Shown: one piece after another, positions 25,872 through 35,219 of the stretch
Layout of the letters: every line of letters starts with the position of its first letter
How positions within the stretch are numbered: position 1 is the first letter of the stretch
Assembly: GCA_046290225.1 (NCBI GenBank)
Contig: JBKAGE010000007.1
Location: 1 to 64,000, forward strand
Source: Bradymonadia bacterium
GTDB taxonomy: Bacteria; Myxococcota_A; Bradymonadia; UBA7976; UBA1532
Length of the DNA: 64,000 nucleotides
Reading direction: 5' to 3'
Program-made: the position numbers and the translations under genes
The notes under the pieces: model-generated
Seen by the model: the letters and a program-made list of their open reading frames with translations, nothing else
What the model was told of the DNA's origin: nothing
The model's database searches: none

Positions 25872-26969
25872 TCACACCTCGTCGCAGTACTCCGCCACAT
25901 ACTGCTCAGCGGAGATCAGCTCTCGTGCGCTGACGTCTGCCTCGATGTCTGCGCCCCACTCCCCGGCGGCAGCCTCCGAGCCAGCGGTGAGCTGCATCAG
26001 CTCGGCGCCGAAGCCGGACCCGTACGAGAACGCCGTCATCGGCGCCCCCTCGGCGAGCCCCCTCAGGGCACAGGCCACCGAGATCCAGAGCCCTGCGGTG
26101 TAGGCGTTCCCCGTGAGGCGGTTCCAGGTGAGGCCCGGGGCCACACGCTCGTGCCAGAAGGTCTCTCGATCTGCCTCGGACCAGCCCTGGGCCTCGGCGA
26201 CCGCCCATACGGCCTTCTTCACCATCTTGGGGAACGGCACGTGGAAGCTGGCCCGAGCGAGGTTGCGGGCATCGACGTGGGCTTCGATGCCCATGGCCTC
26301 GAAGCAACGCACGGCTGCGCGGTTGTAACACTCGAGGCTGAACTTGCCGTCGACATGGGGGTAGGCTTCGCCCACGGGGCGCCAGAAGTCGAAGGCAGGC
26401 TCGCTGTAGGCCCAGGTCAACGGCGACACTGAGGCCACACGGGGGGCGCCGACCACCATGGCCACGGCGCCGGCGCCTTGCGTAGGCTCTCCAGGGCTCG
26501 CCGGGGCATAGCGCGCGACGTCAGCAGCGATCACCAGCGCGGCCTTCCCCCGGGCATTCCCCGAGCGACGCCACTCCATGGCCTGCAACAACGCCAATGT
26601 GCCGCCATAACACGCGTGCTTCACCTCGTAGCTGCGCACTTGGCCCGACACGCCCAGATCGTCCGCCACCCAGGCGCTCAGCGGGCGGCTCATGTCGATG
26701 GCGCTCTCAGTGCCCACGGCGATGAGCCCGATGTCGGCGAGATCACCGCCCCACCGTTCGAGGGCACGGCGCGCAGCGCCCGTGGCCAGGTCAGCGACCC
26801 CCTCACCGGGGGCACAGAGCGCGATGGTGTCGAGATCGAGCCCCTTGCGGTACTTCGCCGGATCCACGCCCCGCAGCTCGGCGAGGGCTTCGACGGAGAG
26901 GGCTCTGCCGGGCAGCTTGAGGCCGATGGAGGCGATGCCGGTGGCCGGCGGCGGGGCATAGAGAGTCAT
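25872..26969 (-). CDS. mvaS: Hydroxymethylglutaryl-CoA synthase
   Basis: DPAKY..G, VGTES..D.S, EVKHACYGGT (catalytic Cys), GEPTQGAGAVA, DFWRP, FHVPF, GNAYTA, FSYGSG. Confidence 0.9.
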   Translation of the reverse strand: MTLYAPPPATGIASIGLKLPGRALSVEALAELRGVDPAKYRKGLDLDTIALCAPGEGVADLATGAARRALERWGGDLADIGLIAVGTESAIDMSRPLSAWVADDLGVSGQVRSYEVKHACYGGTLALLQAMEWRRSGNARGKAALVIAADVARYAPASPGEPTQGAGAVAMVVGAPRVASVSPLTWAYSEPAFDFWRPVGEAYPHVDGKFSLECYNRAAVRCFEAMGIEAHVDARNLARASFHVPFPKMVKKAVWAVAEAQGWSEADRETFWHERVAPGLTWNRLTGNAYTAGLWISVACALRGLAEGAPMTAFSYGSGFGAELMQLTAGSEAAAGEWGADIEADVSARELISAEQYVAEYCDEV

Positions 26970-27164
26970 GTACTCGCTCCTTCACGGGTCATGGGCCAGG
27001 GATGACCTCGGGACCCTCGGGTTGCAGAGGAGGGAGCATAAAGCGTGGAGATGAGAGGCAGATGAAAGCCCCGTGAAGTGTTGATGAGGTGGGGATTTAC
27101 GTCGCTGACTCAGCGCATATTTCATCGCACGGGCGGCGAGCGCAGGGATGTCAGGCCCTCTATG

Positions 27165-28250
27165 TCAGGACCTCTTGATCACCGTCAGGGCTCTCCACGC
27201 CATCGAAGGCCAGCGCTCTACGGGCACCTGCTTCTCGGCGCACAGGTGGATCAGATGGGCCACCTCGGGATCTTGAGGATCCCGAACCACCACCCGGTGC
27301 GGGATGCGGCGCAGCACCGCTCGGGTCGCCTCTCCTGCCCCGGGTTTGAGGCGGTTGAGATGTTCAACGTCGAACCGCGCCATGGCCTCGACGATACAGG
27401 CCTCGCTCACTGCATGACGCGCCAACCGACGGGCTGAGGTCCACGCAGGCAATGGTGCGTCAGCTTCGAAGCTGCGGGCGACGTGGTCCGTGATCGTATC
27501 GACGAATGCCAGTGAGAGATCGTGGGGCGCCCATTCACTGTAGAACCGGCAGCCGTGGAACCCGCCGGAGGCGATGACCGCGTCGTTGAGCACCGTGCGG
27601 CTCACCAGGCCCGACACCACGGCGTTCAAGATGGCCGAGGGGATGACATAGTCTTCTTCTGTGGCCGCCCAGTCCGCCACCCCCGCCAGATCTGCCAGGA
27701 CCAGCAGACGATCAGGCACAGTGATCCCGCGACGGGTCGTGTACGTCGACAGAGCCTCGGTGAGGGTCTTGCGGATCGCCCCCTTCCCCGTCCAGCCGTC
27801 CACGAAGACGAGCCGCTCGGGGCCGTGGGCCTCGAGGATGTGATCCATCGCCACCGCGTCGATGCCTCGATCTCGAATGATCGACACGCTGTAGTGAGGC
27901 CCATCGACGCCGAGCATCTTCAGGGCGCGGCGCAGCAACACCCCCACCGGAGTCCCTGCCCGGGCGAGGCTCACAAGCACCGGCCCGGGGCTCAGTGTCT
28001 GATCTGCGTACAATGTGCGGGCGAGGGCAGCGATATGACGACCCATCAAAGGGCCGTTCCGGCGCAGGGCCGCCTCGTAATGGCCAAGGTAGGCCGTTGA
28101 AGGCGGTGACTCTGGGGGCAGCAGCTCGCTGTAGTGGCGCTGCCCGGACTGCATCAGCTGCTCCCGCAGCGCCGCAGGGGTGGGCTCGAGTTCGAGGGGC
28201 TGCAGCAGGAACTGCACATCATCAGTGCGGTACGATCCGTGAAAGCTCAC
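27165..28250 (-). CDS. StiP-family protein (PRTase-like + Pelota-type C-terminal domain) of Ter stress-response clusters
   Basis: GSY..DDV.FLL, RE..QSG.HYSE.L, VSLARAGTPVG, SIIRDRGID, FVDGWTGKG, IPS..LN..VSGLVSRT, KPG.GEATR..LRR. Confidence 0.88.
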   Translation of the reverse strand: MSFHGSYRTDDVQFLLQPLELEPTPAALREQLMQSGQRHYSELLPPESPPSTAYLGHYEAALRRNGPLMGRHIAALARTLYADQTLSPGPVLVSLARAGTPVGVLLRRALKMLGVDGPHYSVSIIRDRGIDAVAMDHILEAHGPERLVFVDGWTGKGAIRKTLTEALSTYTTRRGITVPDRLLVLADLAGVADWAATEEDYVIPSAILNAVVSGLVSRTVLNDAVIASGGFHGCRFYSEWAPHDLSLAFVDTITDHVARSFEADAPLPAWTSARRLARHAVSEACIVEAMARFDVEHLNRLKPGAGEATRAVLRRIPHRVVVRDPQDPEVAHLIHLCAEKQVPVERWPSMAWRALTVIKRS

Positions 28251-29002
28251 CGTGTAGATCCGGTCATGGCATCGGTCAGATGACGGAACAGATCGCTGTC
28301 CGTCGGGGTCATAGCCACATCACATCGAGCCAGAAACGGGTGATCTGCCGCAGAATCGCCCACGCCCAGGGTAAAGGGCGCCTCATGGCGTGCCTTGAGG
28401 TAATCCACGGCGTGGCCCTTCGTCAGTGGAGGCGGTGACAGCGCTGCGCTGTAATTGTGCACATAGAGGTGCCATCCCTCAGGGCGAAGCGTTTCAACAT
28501 GTGCGTCGATCAAGCCACCGAAGAGCTCAGCATCACGGCCCATGTGTTTGGCGCACAGATACATGGGTACGCCCCTGTGGCCCACGACGCGGGTCCGCAC
28601 CCTGCATCCAGCATCGACGCCCAACTGCCTCCAGTGTGCCTCGAGCGACTCCAGCTGTGCCGCATAGGGGGCCAGGGCCTCGGCCATCTGCCCACACCAG
28701 ACCTCGTCGATTTGCCCGTCTACGGTGAGGAGCAAGCCGCCGCCACAGCACACCTGCTCATGATCGAAGGTCAGCTGCATACGCTGCAGGGCGTGCAGGC
28801 GCCGGGCCGTCACCGGGATCATGATCGTGTTGGCCTTGAGCCATGTGTAGAGGCCCCACTGCGCCGGGGTGCAATACCCTCCGGGGGTGCCCCGAGGATC
28901 GAGATAGGCCACACAGTGCGGGGTGGCGCCGAGGGCGCCGAGGCGACGCTTGCTCATACACAGCGTGTCGTCGAGATCGACGAAGGCCAGCGGCTTCATC
29001 AT
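28247..29002 (-). CDS. HAD-superfamily phosphatase (Ter cluster type)
   Basis: FVDLDDTL, IPVTAR, TKGHAV, GVGDSAADHPF. ATGA overlap with the upstream gene, GTGA overlap with the downstream gene. Confidence 0.87.
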   Translation of the reverse strand: MMKPLAFVDLDDTLCMSKRRLGALGATPHCVAYLDPRGTPGGYCTPAQWGLYTWLKANTIMIPVTARRLHALQRMQLTFDHEQVCCGGGLLLTVDGQIDEVWCGQMAEALAPYAAQLESLEAHWRQLGVDAGCRVRTRVVGHRGVPMYLCAKHMGRDAELFGGLIDAHVETLRPEGWHLYVHNYSAALSPPPLTKGHAVDYLKARHEAPFTLGVGDSAADHPFLARCDVAMTPTDSDLFRHLTDAMTGSTR

Positions 29003-30093
29003 GACACCTCGGGCACCCAACGCCCGCCGGTGGCGTCGAGGAGCGGCCTGCAGGCTTCGGCGTCGTTCGACTCGTGACACACCCACACCGCATCCCAGCG
29101 GTCAGCCTCGAAGTTGTAGAGATGATCCCGAATGCCCTCGCCATACGCATCTGTGGTGGTGAACACGCTGCGGATGGGCCCTTCGAGGCGCACGGGGGCC
29201 CGGGTGGTGAACTGAAACCAGCCTGTTCCGCCCGCGGTGTCGACGGCCTCGGCGAGCCGAATGGCCCGGCCTTGATGCTCGCCGGCCCCCACGACGAGCA
29301 CCCGCTCACCTGAGCGCACCCTCAACCCCAACGCCTCAAGGTCGATGGGCGCGGCCACGTGCTGCATGCCCAGGCGGCCTCCGTGGCGCGCCATGGCGCA
29401 GCGCACCTCGCGGCGGCCACCGACGACGTCGGGCATTTGAGGCTCGGGGGCGAGGCGTCGGGGCTCGAAGTCAAAGCGCCCCTGAGCGAGCGTGCTCACC
29501 TGCACGCCTCCGTCGCGCTGACGAGACCAGTCGCTCAAGGCCAGCGCCTTCACCGTGCTGCATTTTGGGAGCAGAGGCGCCAGGGCGCGCCAGACCCCCA
29601 TCAAAGTGTCCCCCGTGGTGACCTCGTCATCGATGATCACCACGCTCTTGATCTCGGGCAGCGCAGACCAGAGCGGGCTCTCTGTTGTGGTGTACAGCGC
29701 ATGCGCGGGGGCGTGGCTGTGCGCTTCCACGAATCGCGCCACGGGCTCGATGGGCAGACGCAGGCGCGAGGAATGCCACACGTACACATCATCGAGGCCA
29801 CGCCGGGCTCGATAGGTCCGATGCACACCCAGAGCCAGCGCCACCCCGGCCTCGGCCACACCGAGGCACAGCACCGGGCCCGGCAAATCGACAGGCAAGT
29901 GTTCGGCGAGCAATGTGCACGCCTGGTGGAGGCGCTCTGGCTGTGCAGGCATATAACGCCCTATCACCGTCGACACGAACAGGAAACCACGGCGAGGGTT
30001 CTCTCGGGCAGCAAAGCGCAGCGTGTCGCGCATCGCTGGATCCACCGACTGCATTTCGACGGTGAGCGTGCCGGTGGACAATTCGACGTACAT
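28999..30093 (-). CDS. Phosphoribosyltransferase + TRSP domain protein (Ter cluster type)
   Basis: AARENPRRGFLFVS.VIG, G.AE, F.EAHSHA..H, IIDDEVTTGDT, C-terminal G.GE...TTRAP...DAYG.G....YN. Confidence 0.85.
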   Translation of the reverse strand: MYVELSTGTLTVEMQSVDPAMRDTLRFAARENPRRGFLFVSTVIGRYMPAQPERLHQACTLLAEHLPVDLPGPVLCLGVAEAGVALALGVHRTYRARRGLDDVYVWHSSRLRLPIEPVARFVEAHSHAPAHALYTTTESPLWSALPEIKSVVIIDDEVTTGDTLMGVWRALAPLLPKCSTVKALALSDWSRQRDGGVQVSTLAQGRFDFEPRRLAPEPQMPDVVGGRREVRCAMARHGGRLGMQHVAAPIDLEALGLRVRSGERVLVVGAGEHQGRAIRLAEAVDTAGGTGWFQFTTRAPVRLEGPIRSVFTTTDAYGEGIRDHLYNFEADRWDAVWVCHESNDAEACRPLLDATGGRWVPEVS

Positions 30094-30198
30094 GGGTGAA
30101 GCCCCCGGTGGGCTCATGCGGTGTGGGGCACTCAACATGGGGCGCAGTAGAACAGAATCGAGACAGGGCGACCAGCCATCGTGTGGACGGGGCTCTGT

Positions 30199-30945
30199 TC
30201 AGGTGAGCAAGGCCACGATCCCGCCATGGGCAGCGAGCTCTGGCCGCTCGTCGAGATATTGCAACGCGGCTTTGCTCCACGACGCCAGCTCGACGCACTC
30301 GTCGACGAGATCCACAGCGAAGAGGGCATCATCGCCACAGCTTGGGCAGATGCGGTGGCCCGCCTCGAAGACGCTGCCACAGCAGCGACAGCGCTGCCCT
30401 GGCGCCTCGAACGTGCGAGCGATGAGCACCACCCGCACAGCGCTGCGTTTGAGGGCGCGCATGACCTCGGAGATGCCCGCGACAGCCCCTTCACCGTGAG
30501 CGAGGGCGGCGGAAGCCTCAGCCCACAGCGCCTGCTCCTCTGCCCGCTCGTCGGCACCGTCATGGGTGATCTCGTCGAGATACTCGGTGATGGGGCGTAC
30601 GTAGGGGCTCGCGTCGAGCCAGACCCCAGTGTTCAAAGATGCTGGCACGTGCACCACCTCGAAGACGTCGAGGGGTACACACACAAACACGCACACCGTG
30701 CCCGAGTCGGGCAGCGAGCAATCGTCGAACCACGCCTGCAGCCCCTCGAGGGCCTCGGCAAGGGCATCTGACTCTTCAGCATGCTCTGCAACAGACATGT
30801 GCAGTCTGCCGAGCTCGCCCTCGAAGGGGGACACACCTTCGGGGGCGCGCACATATACGCTGAGGAAAGTTCGCGAAGAGGCGTCGAAGCCGATCAAGCC
30901 GCGCAGATCGAAGGCGTCGACGGGGGTGGGGGAAGGGTGAGACAT
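30199..30945 (-). CDS. Bacterial eRF1/aRF1-like (baeRF) protein with Zn-ribbon, lacking the middle domain
   Basis: N-terminal FLSVY...F....P....V.LD.SPYVRPI joins directly to an eRF1 domain-3/Pelota-like region (AVAG..EV..AL....V..VL, CRCC..CPSCG, DLVDE.VE.A, GGIVALL). Confidence 0.7.
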   Translation of the reverse strand: MSHPSPTPVDAFDLRGLIGFDASSRTFLSVYVRAPEGVSPFEGELGRLHMSVAEHAEESDALAEALEGLQAWFDDCSLPDSGTVCVFVCVPLDVFEVVHVPASLNTGVWLDASPYVRPITEYLDEITHDGADERAEEQALWAEASAALAHGEGAVAGISEVMRALKRSAVRVVLIARTFEAPGQRCRCCGSVFEAGHRICPSCGDDALFAVDLVDECVELASWSKAALQYLDERPELAAHGGIVALLT

Positions 30946-30955
30946 ACCCTGCAGC

Positions 30956-31498
30956 TTACCGACCCTGCCAGGTCCAGTAACGCTCCTCGGTGTTCTCGTT
31001 GCGGGCGGCGAGGAAAGGCAGCTTGGTGATGCCGTACCGCTTGGCCCAGCGCTTCATCGAGCCCGTGAGGCCACCCATGCCGCGGGGGCTGCTCAGCTCG
31101 AGGATCTCCACCGCCTCGGAGAGGGTGAGAGAGCCGGCCTTCTCAAGCTCCTCGAGGAACTTCTTGGAGTTGTCGGGCAGCTGGTTGAACCACTTGTCGT
31201 AGCGCTCGTCGTCGGAGAGCCCGGCGATCTCCTGGGCAGCAGGATCAGGCTTGGGCTCTGCGCGCTTGCGGGGCTTGCGGGGCTTCTTTGCTGGCTTGGC
31301 CGGGGCAGCCTCCGCAGGCGCCGCAGCAGCGGCCATGTATTCGGCGCCAAGGGAGACCTGCTTTACAGCGGGCTCGACCTTGGGCGCAGCCGCCGCCGGC
31401 GCAGCATGCCCCCCAAGGCAGCTGACCAGCCGTGCGAGTGCTTCGGCCACACCAGGCTTCTGCATCGCTTCGAGCGGAATATTGACATTGATAGACAA
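30956..31498 (-). CDS. Putative DNA-binding protein (Ala/Lys/Pro linker + C-terminal wHTH-like domain)
   Basis: Strong GC3 codon bias, KPAKKPRKPRKR basic patch, SLTLSEAVEILELSSPRGMGGLTGS HTH-like segment. TTG start chosen from upstream GAGG. Confidence 0.6.
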   Translation of the reverse strand: MSINVNIPLEAMQKPGVAEALARLVSCLGGHAAPAAAAPKVEPAVKQVSLGAEYMAAAAAPAEAAPAKPAKKPRKPRKRAEPKPDPAAQEIAGLSDDERYDKWFNQLPDNSKKFLEELEKAGSLTLSEAVEILELSSPRGMGGLTGSMKRWAKRYGITKLPFLAARNENTEERYWTWQGR

Positions 31499-31741
31499 GA
31501 GAACCTCATTTCTAGACAGTTGATGCCCCCGCATCGGCGGGCATCATGCACATTTTCAGGTGGCTTTACAATTTCCAATGTATTGAAAGTCTGTATTTGA
31601 CGGTGCTTCCCCCCTCCCTGGTGCCCCGTACATACAGTGACTCGCAAGTCACAGATACCTTCAACATCACACCGTTGCGACGTTTTCGCAAAATTTCAAC
31701 AATTGGGTCGGACCATTCCGGAGAATAGATGTAGGTCCAGG

Positions 31742-33145
31742 TCAGAACGGACCATACAACGCTTCGATGTCGGGGTTGAGAGCCAGGGCCCGAGCCTTGA
31801 AGGTTGCGGCCTGCTCTGGCGCTCCGCCGAGCCTCGCCGCCCGGGCCGCGAGCCAGTGCAGGCGCGGCAAATGCCAGTCTTCTTTGAGAGTTTTCTGAAG
31901 CACGGCGAGGGCCTCCGGGGCTCTATCAGCATCGATGAGCGCCGCAGCGAAGCGCCCTTGGGTCTCTGGATCATGGCGCTGAGCGGCCTCGGCCTGCAGT
32001 TGAGTCAGCGCATTGCGCCGGGCCTCTCCCGTGAGCAATTCGACACAATGCCCCGCCATGGCCTCGGGATACTTCTCCATGAGGATTTGAGCCCTCTCCC
32101 CGGCCTTGGCCTCGTGCTTTTCTGCCTGCTCGCTGCGGGCCAGTGCCCGTAACACACCGGCGAGGGCCCCGTGATACTCGGGGTGATCGACCAGGGCGAT
32201 GGCCTCTTCATAGAGCTTCACCGCCCGCTGGCGGTCGCCGACGAGGGCGTTCACCTCGGCCAAATGCTCGACCACCATGGGATATCCCGGCGCCCGGGCA
32301 TACGCCGCCTCGAGGAACAGCTTCGCCTCGGCGTATCGTCCGTGCTCGATGCGCAACAATGCACGTTGCACATAGAGCCACGCGAGGGGTACGGGAGACA
32401 CATCCCGATACAGTGTCTCAGCCCGAGCGAAGGCTTTGTCACCGGCGTCAAAGCCACCTCTGCGGGCCAGCACGTGTCCGAGGCGAGACACTCGATACAG
32501 ATCAGGGCGAGACTTCGCCAACGCGGTGAAGGCAACGGTGGCAGCCTTGAACTCGCCTCGATGCCACATCAGCTCTGCCTTGAGCTCCTCGAGGCTGGGG
32601 TGCCTGGGCGCCACCGCTTCGAGGGCGGCGACGTCGGCGGCCAGCGCGGTCCACTGATGCAGGGTGAAGCGTGCCTGAGCCCTGAGCGCGAGCAGCCCGG
32701 GCGCCTTGGGTGCCTTCTCGAGGGCGAGATCGGCGATCTTCACCGCTCGGCCCACCATCTCCACATCACCGAGGATCCGACCGAGGGTGAGCAACTTCTC
32801 GGCGCTGAGTTTGAGCGTGGCGGGGGTCGGGCGACGCTGAGCCGCCACCTGGCTGGTCTTCACCTGGGCCTTGAGGTTGCGGATGAAGATGCGCCAGTCG
32901 GTGGTGGCGAGCTCCTGGGGTGTCCGCGGTCGGGACAACAGCCGGCTCGGCGCTGCGAGAGGCGCTCGCTTCGCCGGGGAGATGTCCCGCGTCTTCTCAG
33001 TGACCTTGCCCTTGGCTGTGCTCGACTCGGCCTTTGAGGCGCCCTGGCCGCTCGACTGAGCGGTGGAGCCCGGTTTACGGGGCTCGCACGCCCACGCGGT
33101 GAGCGCCCACACAACACATATACTGAGAAGACGCACGGTCATCAT
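31742..33145 (-). CDS. Tetratricopeptide-repeat lipoprotein
   Basis: Lipobox AWAC followed by multiple TPR-like helix pairs. GGAG upstream of ATG 33145. Confidence 0.8.
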   Translation of the reverse strand: MMTVRLLSICVVWALTAWACEPRKPGSTAQSSGQGASKAESSTAKGKVTEKTRDISPAKRAPLAAPSRLLSRPRTPQELATTDWRIFIRNLKAQVKTSQVAAQRRPTPATLKLSAEKLLTLGRILGDVEMVGRAVKIADLALEKAPKAPGLLALRAQARFTLHQWTALAADVAALEAVAPRHPSLEELKAELMWHRGEFKAATVAFTALAKSRPDLYRVSRLGHVLARRGGFDAGDKAFARAETLYRDVSPVPLAWLYVQRALLRIEHGRYAEAKLFLEAAYARAPGYPMVVEHLAEVNALVGDRQRAVKLYEEAIALVDHPEYHGALAGVLRALARSEQAEKHEAKAGERAQILMEKYPEAMAGHCVELLTGEARRNALTQLQAEAAQRHDPETQGRFAAALIDADRAPEALAVLQKTLKEDWHLPRLHWLAARAARLGGAPEQAATFKARALALNPDIEALYGPF

Positions 33146-33244
33146 GACGACTCCAGACGACATCGAAGGTGAGGGTGTAACGGAAGGGAGATCACGGAGC
33201 AACCACCAAGGCGCTCCGTAATCTCGTCACAGCGCAGAGCGTAC

Positions 33245-34519
33245 TCAGTTGTCGATGACTTCTTCGTCCACAGCGGGCAGGTAGGGGAACGCTCCGGAGA
33301 ACGGCAGATCGTTGGCATCGACGGCGTCGGTGACCGTGGTGGTCCCGGTGGCGTCGACGAGGACCTGTAGGGTGAGGTCCATGACGTCCTGCTCGAGGGT
33401 ACGACCGCCGCAGTTCTCCATGTCGCCGAGCTCCAGGGCAAGGTAACCGTTGCCGCAGAAGTCACGGGAGATGTCGATGAGCAGCACGTCGTTGGCCAGC
33501 AGCGCGCCGAGGCCCGCGCGGTCATCGGCGAGGAAGCCGTTCATGTCGTTGCCGTCGAGGCCGTCGACGAACTCCAGGGCCGCCACCATCTCGTCGACGA
33601 ACTGTGCACCGTCGGCGGGACTGGCGCGGTTGAAGGCGTCCTTGTTCTCGCTGCTGATGAGCGCGGTGTTGATGGCCGGGCGGCCCATGCGGTCGATCTG
33701 ACCGGTGGGCAGACCACAGACGCCCCCGCCGAGAGGACCGGCGATGTCGCAGGACAGCTCGGAGCTCTCGGGCATGGCAGCAGCCTGGCTGGCGTACAGC
33801 AGACGGCACTGCACGGTGTCGCCCATCTGGTCGCCGATGGCGCCGTTGTCGGGGATCTGCATGCACTCGGTGAGGCAGGCATCGGCGTTCTCGTACGTGC
33901 CAGCGCAGTTCTCCAGCATGAGACCGCAGTAGGTGTCACACAGGGGGGCTGGGTTGTCGACGCACACGCCGCCGCCGTCAGGGCCGGCATGGGGGCAGTG
34001 GAAGAACGGATCGACCTGACCCGCCACCTCAGCGTGGTAGATGCGGCACTGCACAGTGTCGCCGGTGACGTCTGCATCCATGCCGTCGAAGCTGTAACCC
34101 ATGCAGGTGTTCATGCAGCCGTCGCGGGTCTCGAACTGCGCGTCGGAGCCGGTGCACGAGGCATCGAGCAGATCGCAGTACTGGGTGCACAGCACCTCTT
34201 CGATACTGGCGTCGGGCACCATCATGTCGGGCTCGGGCTCACCGCCCATGCCGCCCTCACCGCCCATGCCGCCTTCGCCGCCCATACCGGCTTCACCGCC
34301 GGCGCCGCCCATGCCGGCCTCGCCGCCGGCACCGCCGCCCGCTTCGCCGCCCATGCCAGCTTCGCCGCCAGCACCACCGCCACCAGCGCCGCCCACGACA
34401 CCGCCGGCACCACCAGCACCAGCAGCGCCAGTGTCGTCACCGTCGTCACAGGCAGCGAGGGAGATCGCCAGAGCACACACGCTCAGGCTGTACAGCCATT
34501 GCTTCATCTTGATGCCCAT
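33245..34519 (-). CDS. Lipoprotein with two Cys-rich repeats and a C-terminal DUF4331 half-domain
   Basis: Lipobox LAAC, GGEAGMGG linker, two C..YC......C...GDTVQCR....C..AGP.GGGVC repeats, then QIDRMGRPAINTALI, D.L.ID, GGRTLEQDVMD, FPYL. Confidence 0.82.
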   Translation of the reverse strand: MGIKMKQWLYSLSVCALAISLAACDDGDDTGAAGAGGAGGVVGGAGGGGAGGEAGMGGEAGGGAGGEAGMGGAGGEAGMGGEGGMGGEGGMGGEPEPDMMVPDASIEEVLCTQYCDLLDASCTGSDAQFETRDGCMNTCMGYSFDGMDADVTGDTVQCRIYHAEVAGQVDPFFHCPHAGPDGGGVCVDNPAPLCDTYCGLMLENCAGTYENADACLTECMQIPDNGAIGDQMGDTVQCRLLYASQAAAMPESSELSCDIAGPLGGGVCGLPTGQIDRMGRPAINTALISSENKDAFNRASPADGAQFVDEMVAALEFVDGLDGNDMNGFLADDRAGLGALLANDVLLIDISRDFCGNGYLALELGDMENCGGRTLEQDVMDLTLQVLVDATGTTTVTDAVDANDLPFSGAFPYLPAVDEEVIDN

Positions 34520-35169
34520 CAGTTGCTGCTCCGATCCAGACCGTTACGGACGGTCACGCCCTGCACCTCGAGGCGGGTGGCGAGGCCGAAGATCTCGTTC
34601 TTCACGTCGACCACGATGGTCAGGGCCCCGAGGCCTGCGAAGAAGTCGGTGCCCATCTCGTCGACGAGCAGCCCCACCTGAGCAGGATCACCCACGACGG
34701 TGTTGAAGGCGTCGAGGTCGAAGAAGAAGGGATCGTCGCGCAGGCCGGCGAAGATGCGCATGTTGTCGAGCAGCGCGTTGCCGGGCTCCACAGCGTTGAA
34801 CATCACACTGTCGGAGACCTCGCTGGGGCCGGTGCAGGTGATCTCCTGCATCTCGACGCCCGAGGCGGTGCAGACGATGTCGAGCTGGTTGTCGGTGCCC
34901 GACTCCTTGATCCGGAACTCGTAGCTGACGTTGGTGGAGAACCGGCTGGTCTCGTCGGCCAGGGGCACCACGGTCATCACGAAGACCGTGCGGCTGGCGT
35001 TCACCGCCGCAGGATCGAGGCTGCGGAACACGTAGACATCGTTGATGTCGGCGGCGGGGTCGGCGGCGGCCCCGGGGGAATCAAGGTGGTCGGCACTGTT
35101 CGCCGGAACGGCCAACAGCATCATGCCCGCCAGTGCCCCTTTAAGGGCCCGGCGCAAATGCCTCCTCAT
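34519..35169 (-). CDS. DUF4331 N-terminal half, exported
   Basis: Signal peptide, then ADHLDSP..DPAADINDVYVF and FAGLRDDPFFFD. GGAGG before ATG 35169. TGATG coupling to the next gene. Confidence 0.82.
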   Translation of the reverse strand: MRRHLRRALKGALAGMMLLAVPANSADHLDSPGAAADPAADINDVYVFRSLDPAAVNASRTVFVMTVVPLADETSRFSTNVSYEFRIKESGTDNQLDIVCTASGVEMQEITCTGPSEVSDSVMFNAVEPGNALLDNMRIFAGLRDDPFFFDLDAFNTVVGDPAQVGLLVDEMGTDFFAGLGALTIVVDVKNEIFGLATRLEVQGVTVRNGLDRSSN

Positions 35170-35219
35170 CAAATCACACCTCCCGTGTGTGGGTCGTTGG
35201 TCCTGAACGGATTGCAAAT

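Noticed and set aside
25872..26969. Polyketide beta-branching cassette
   Set aside because: No ACP, KS, ECH or PKS genes are nearby.
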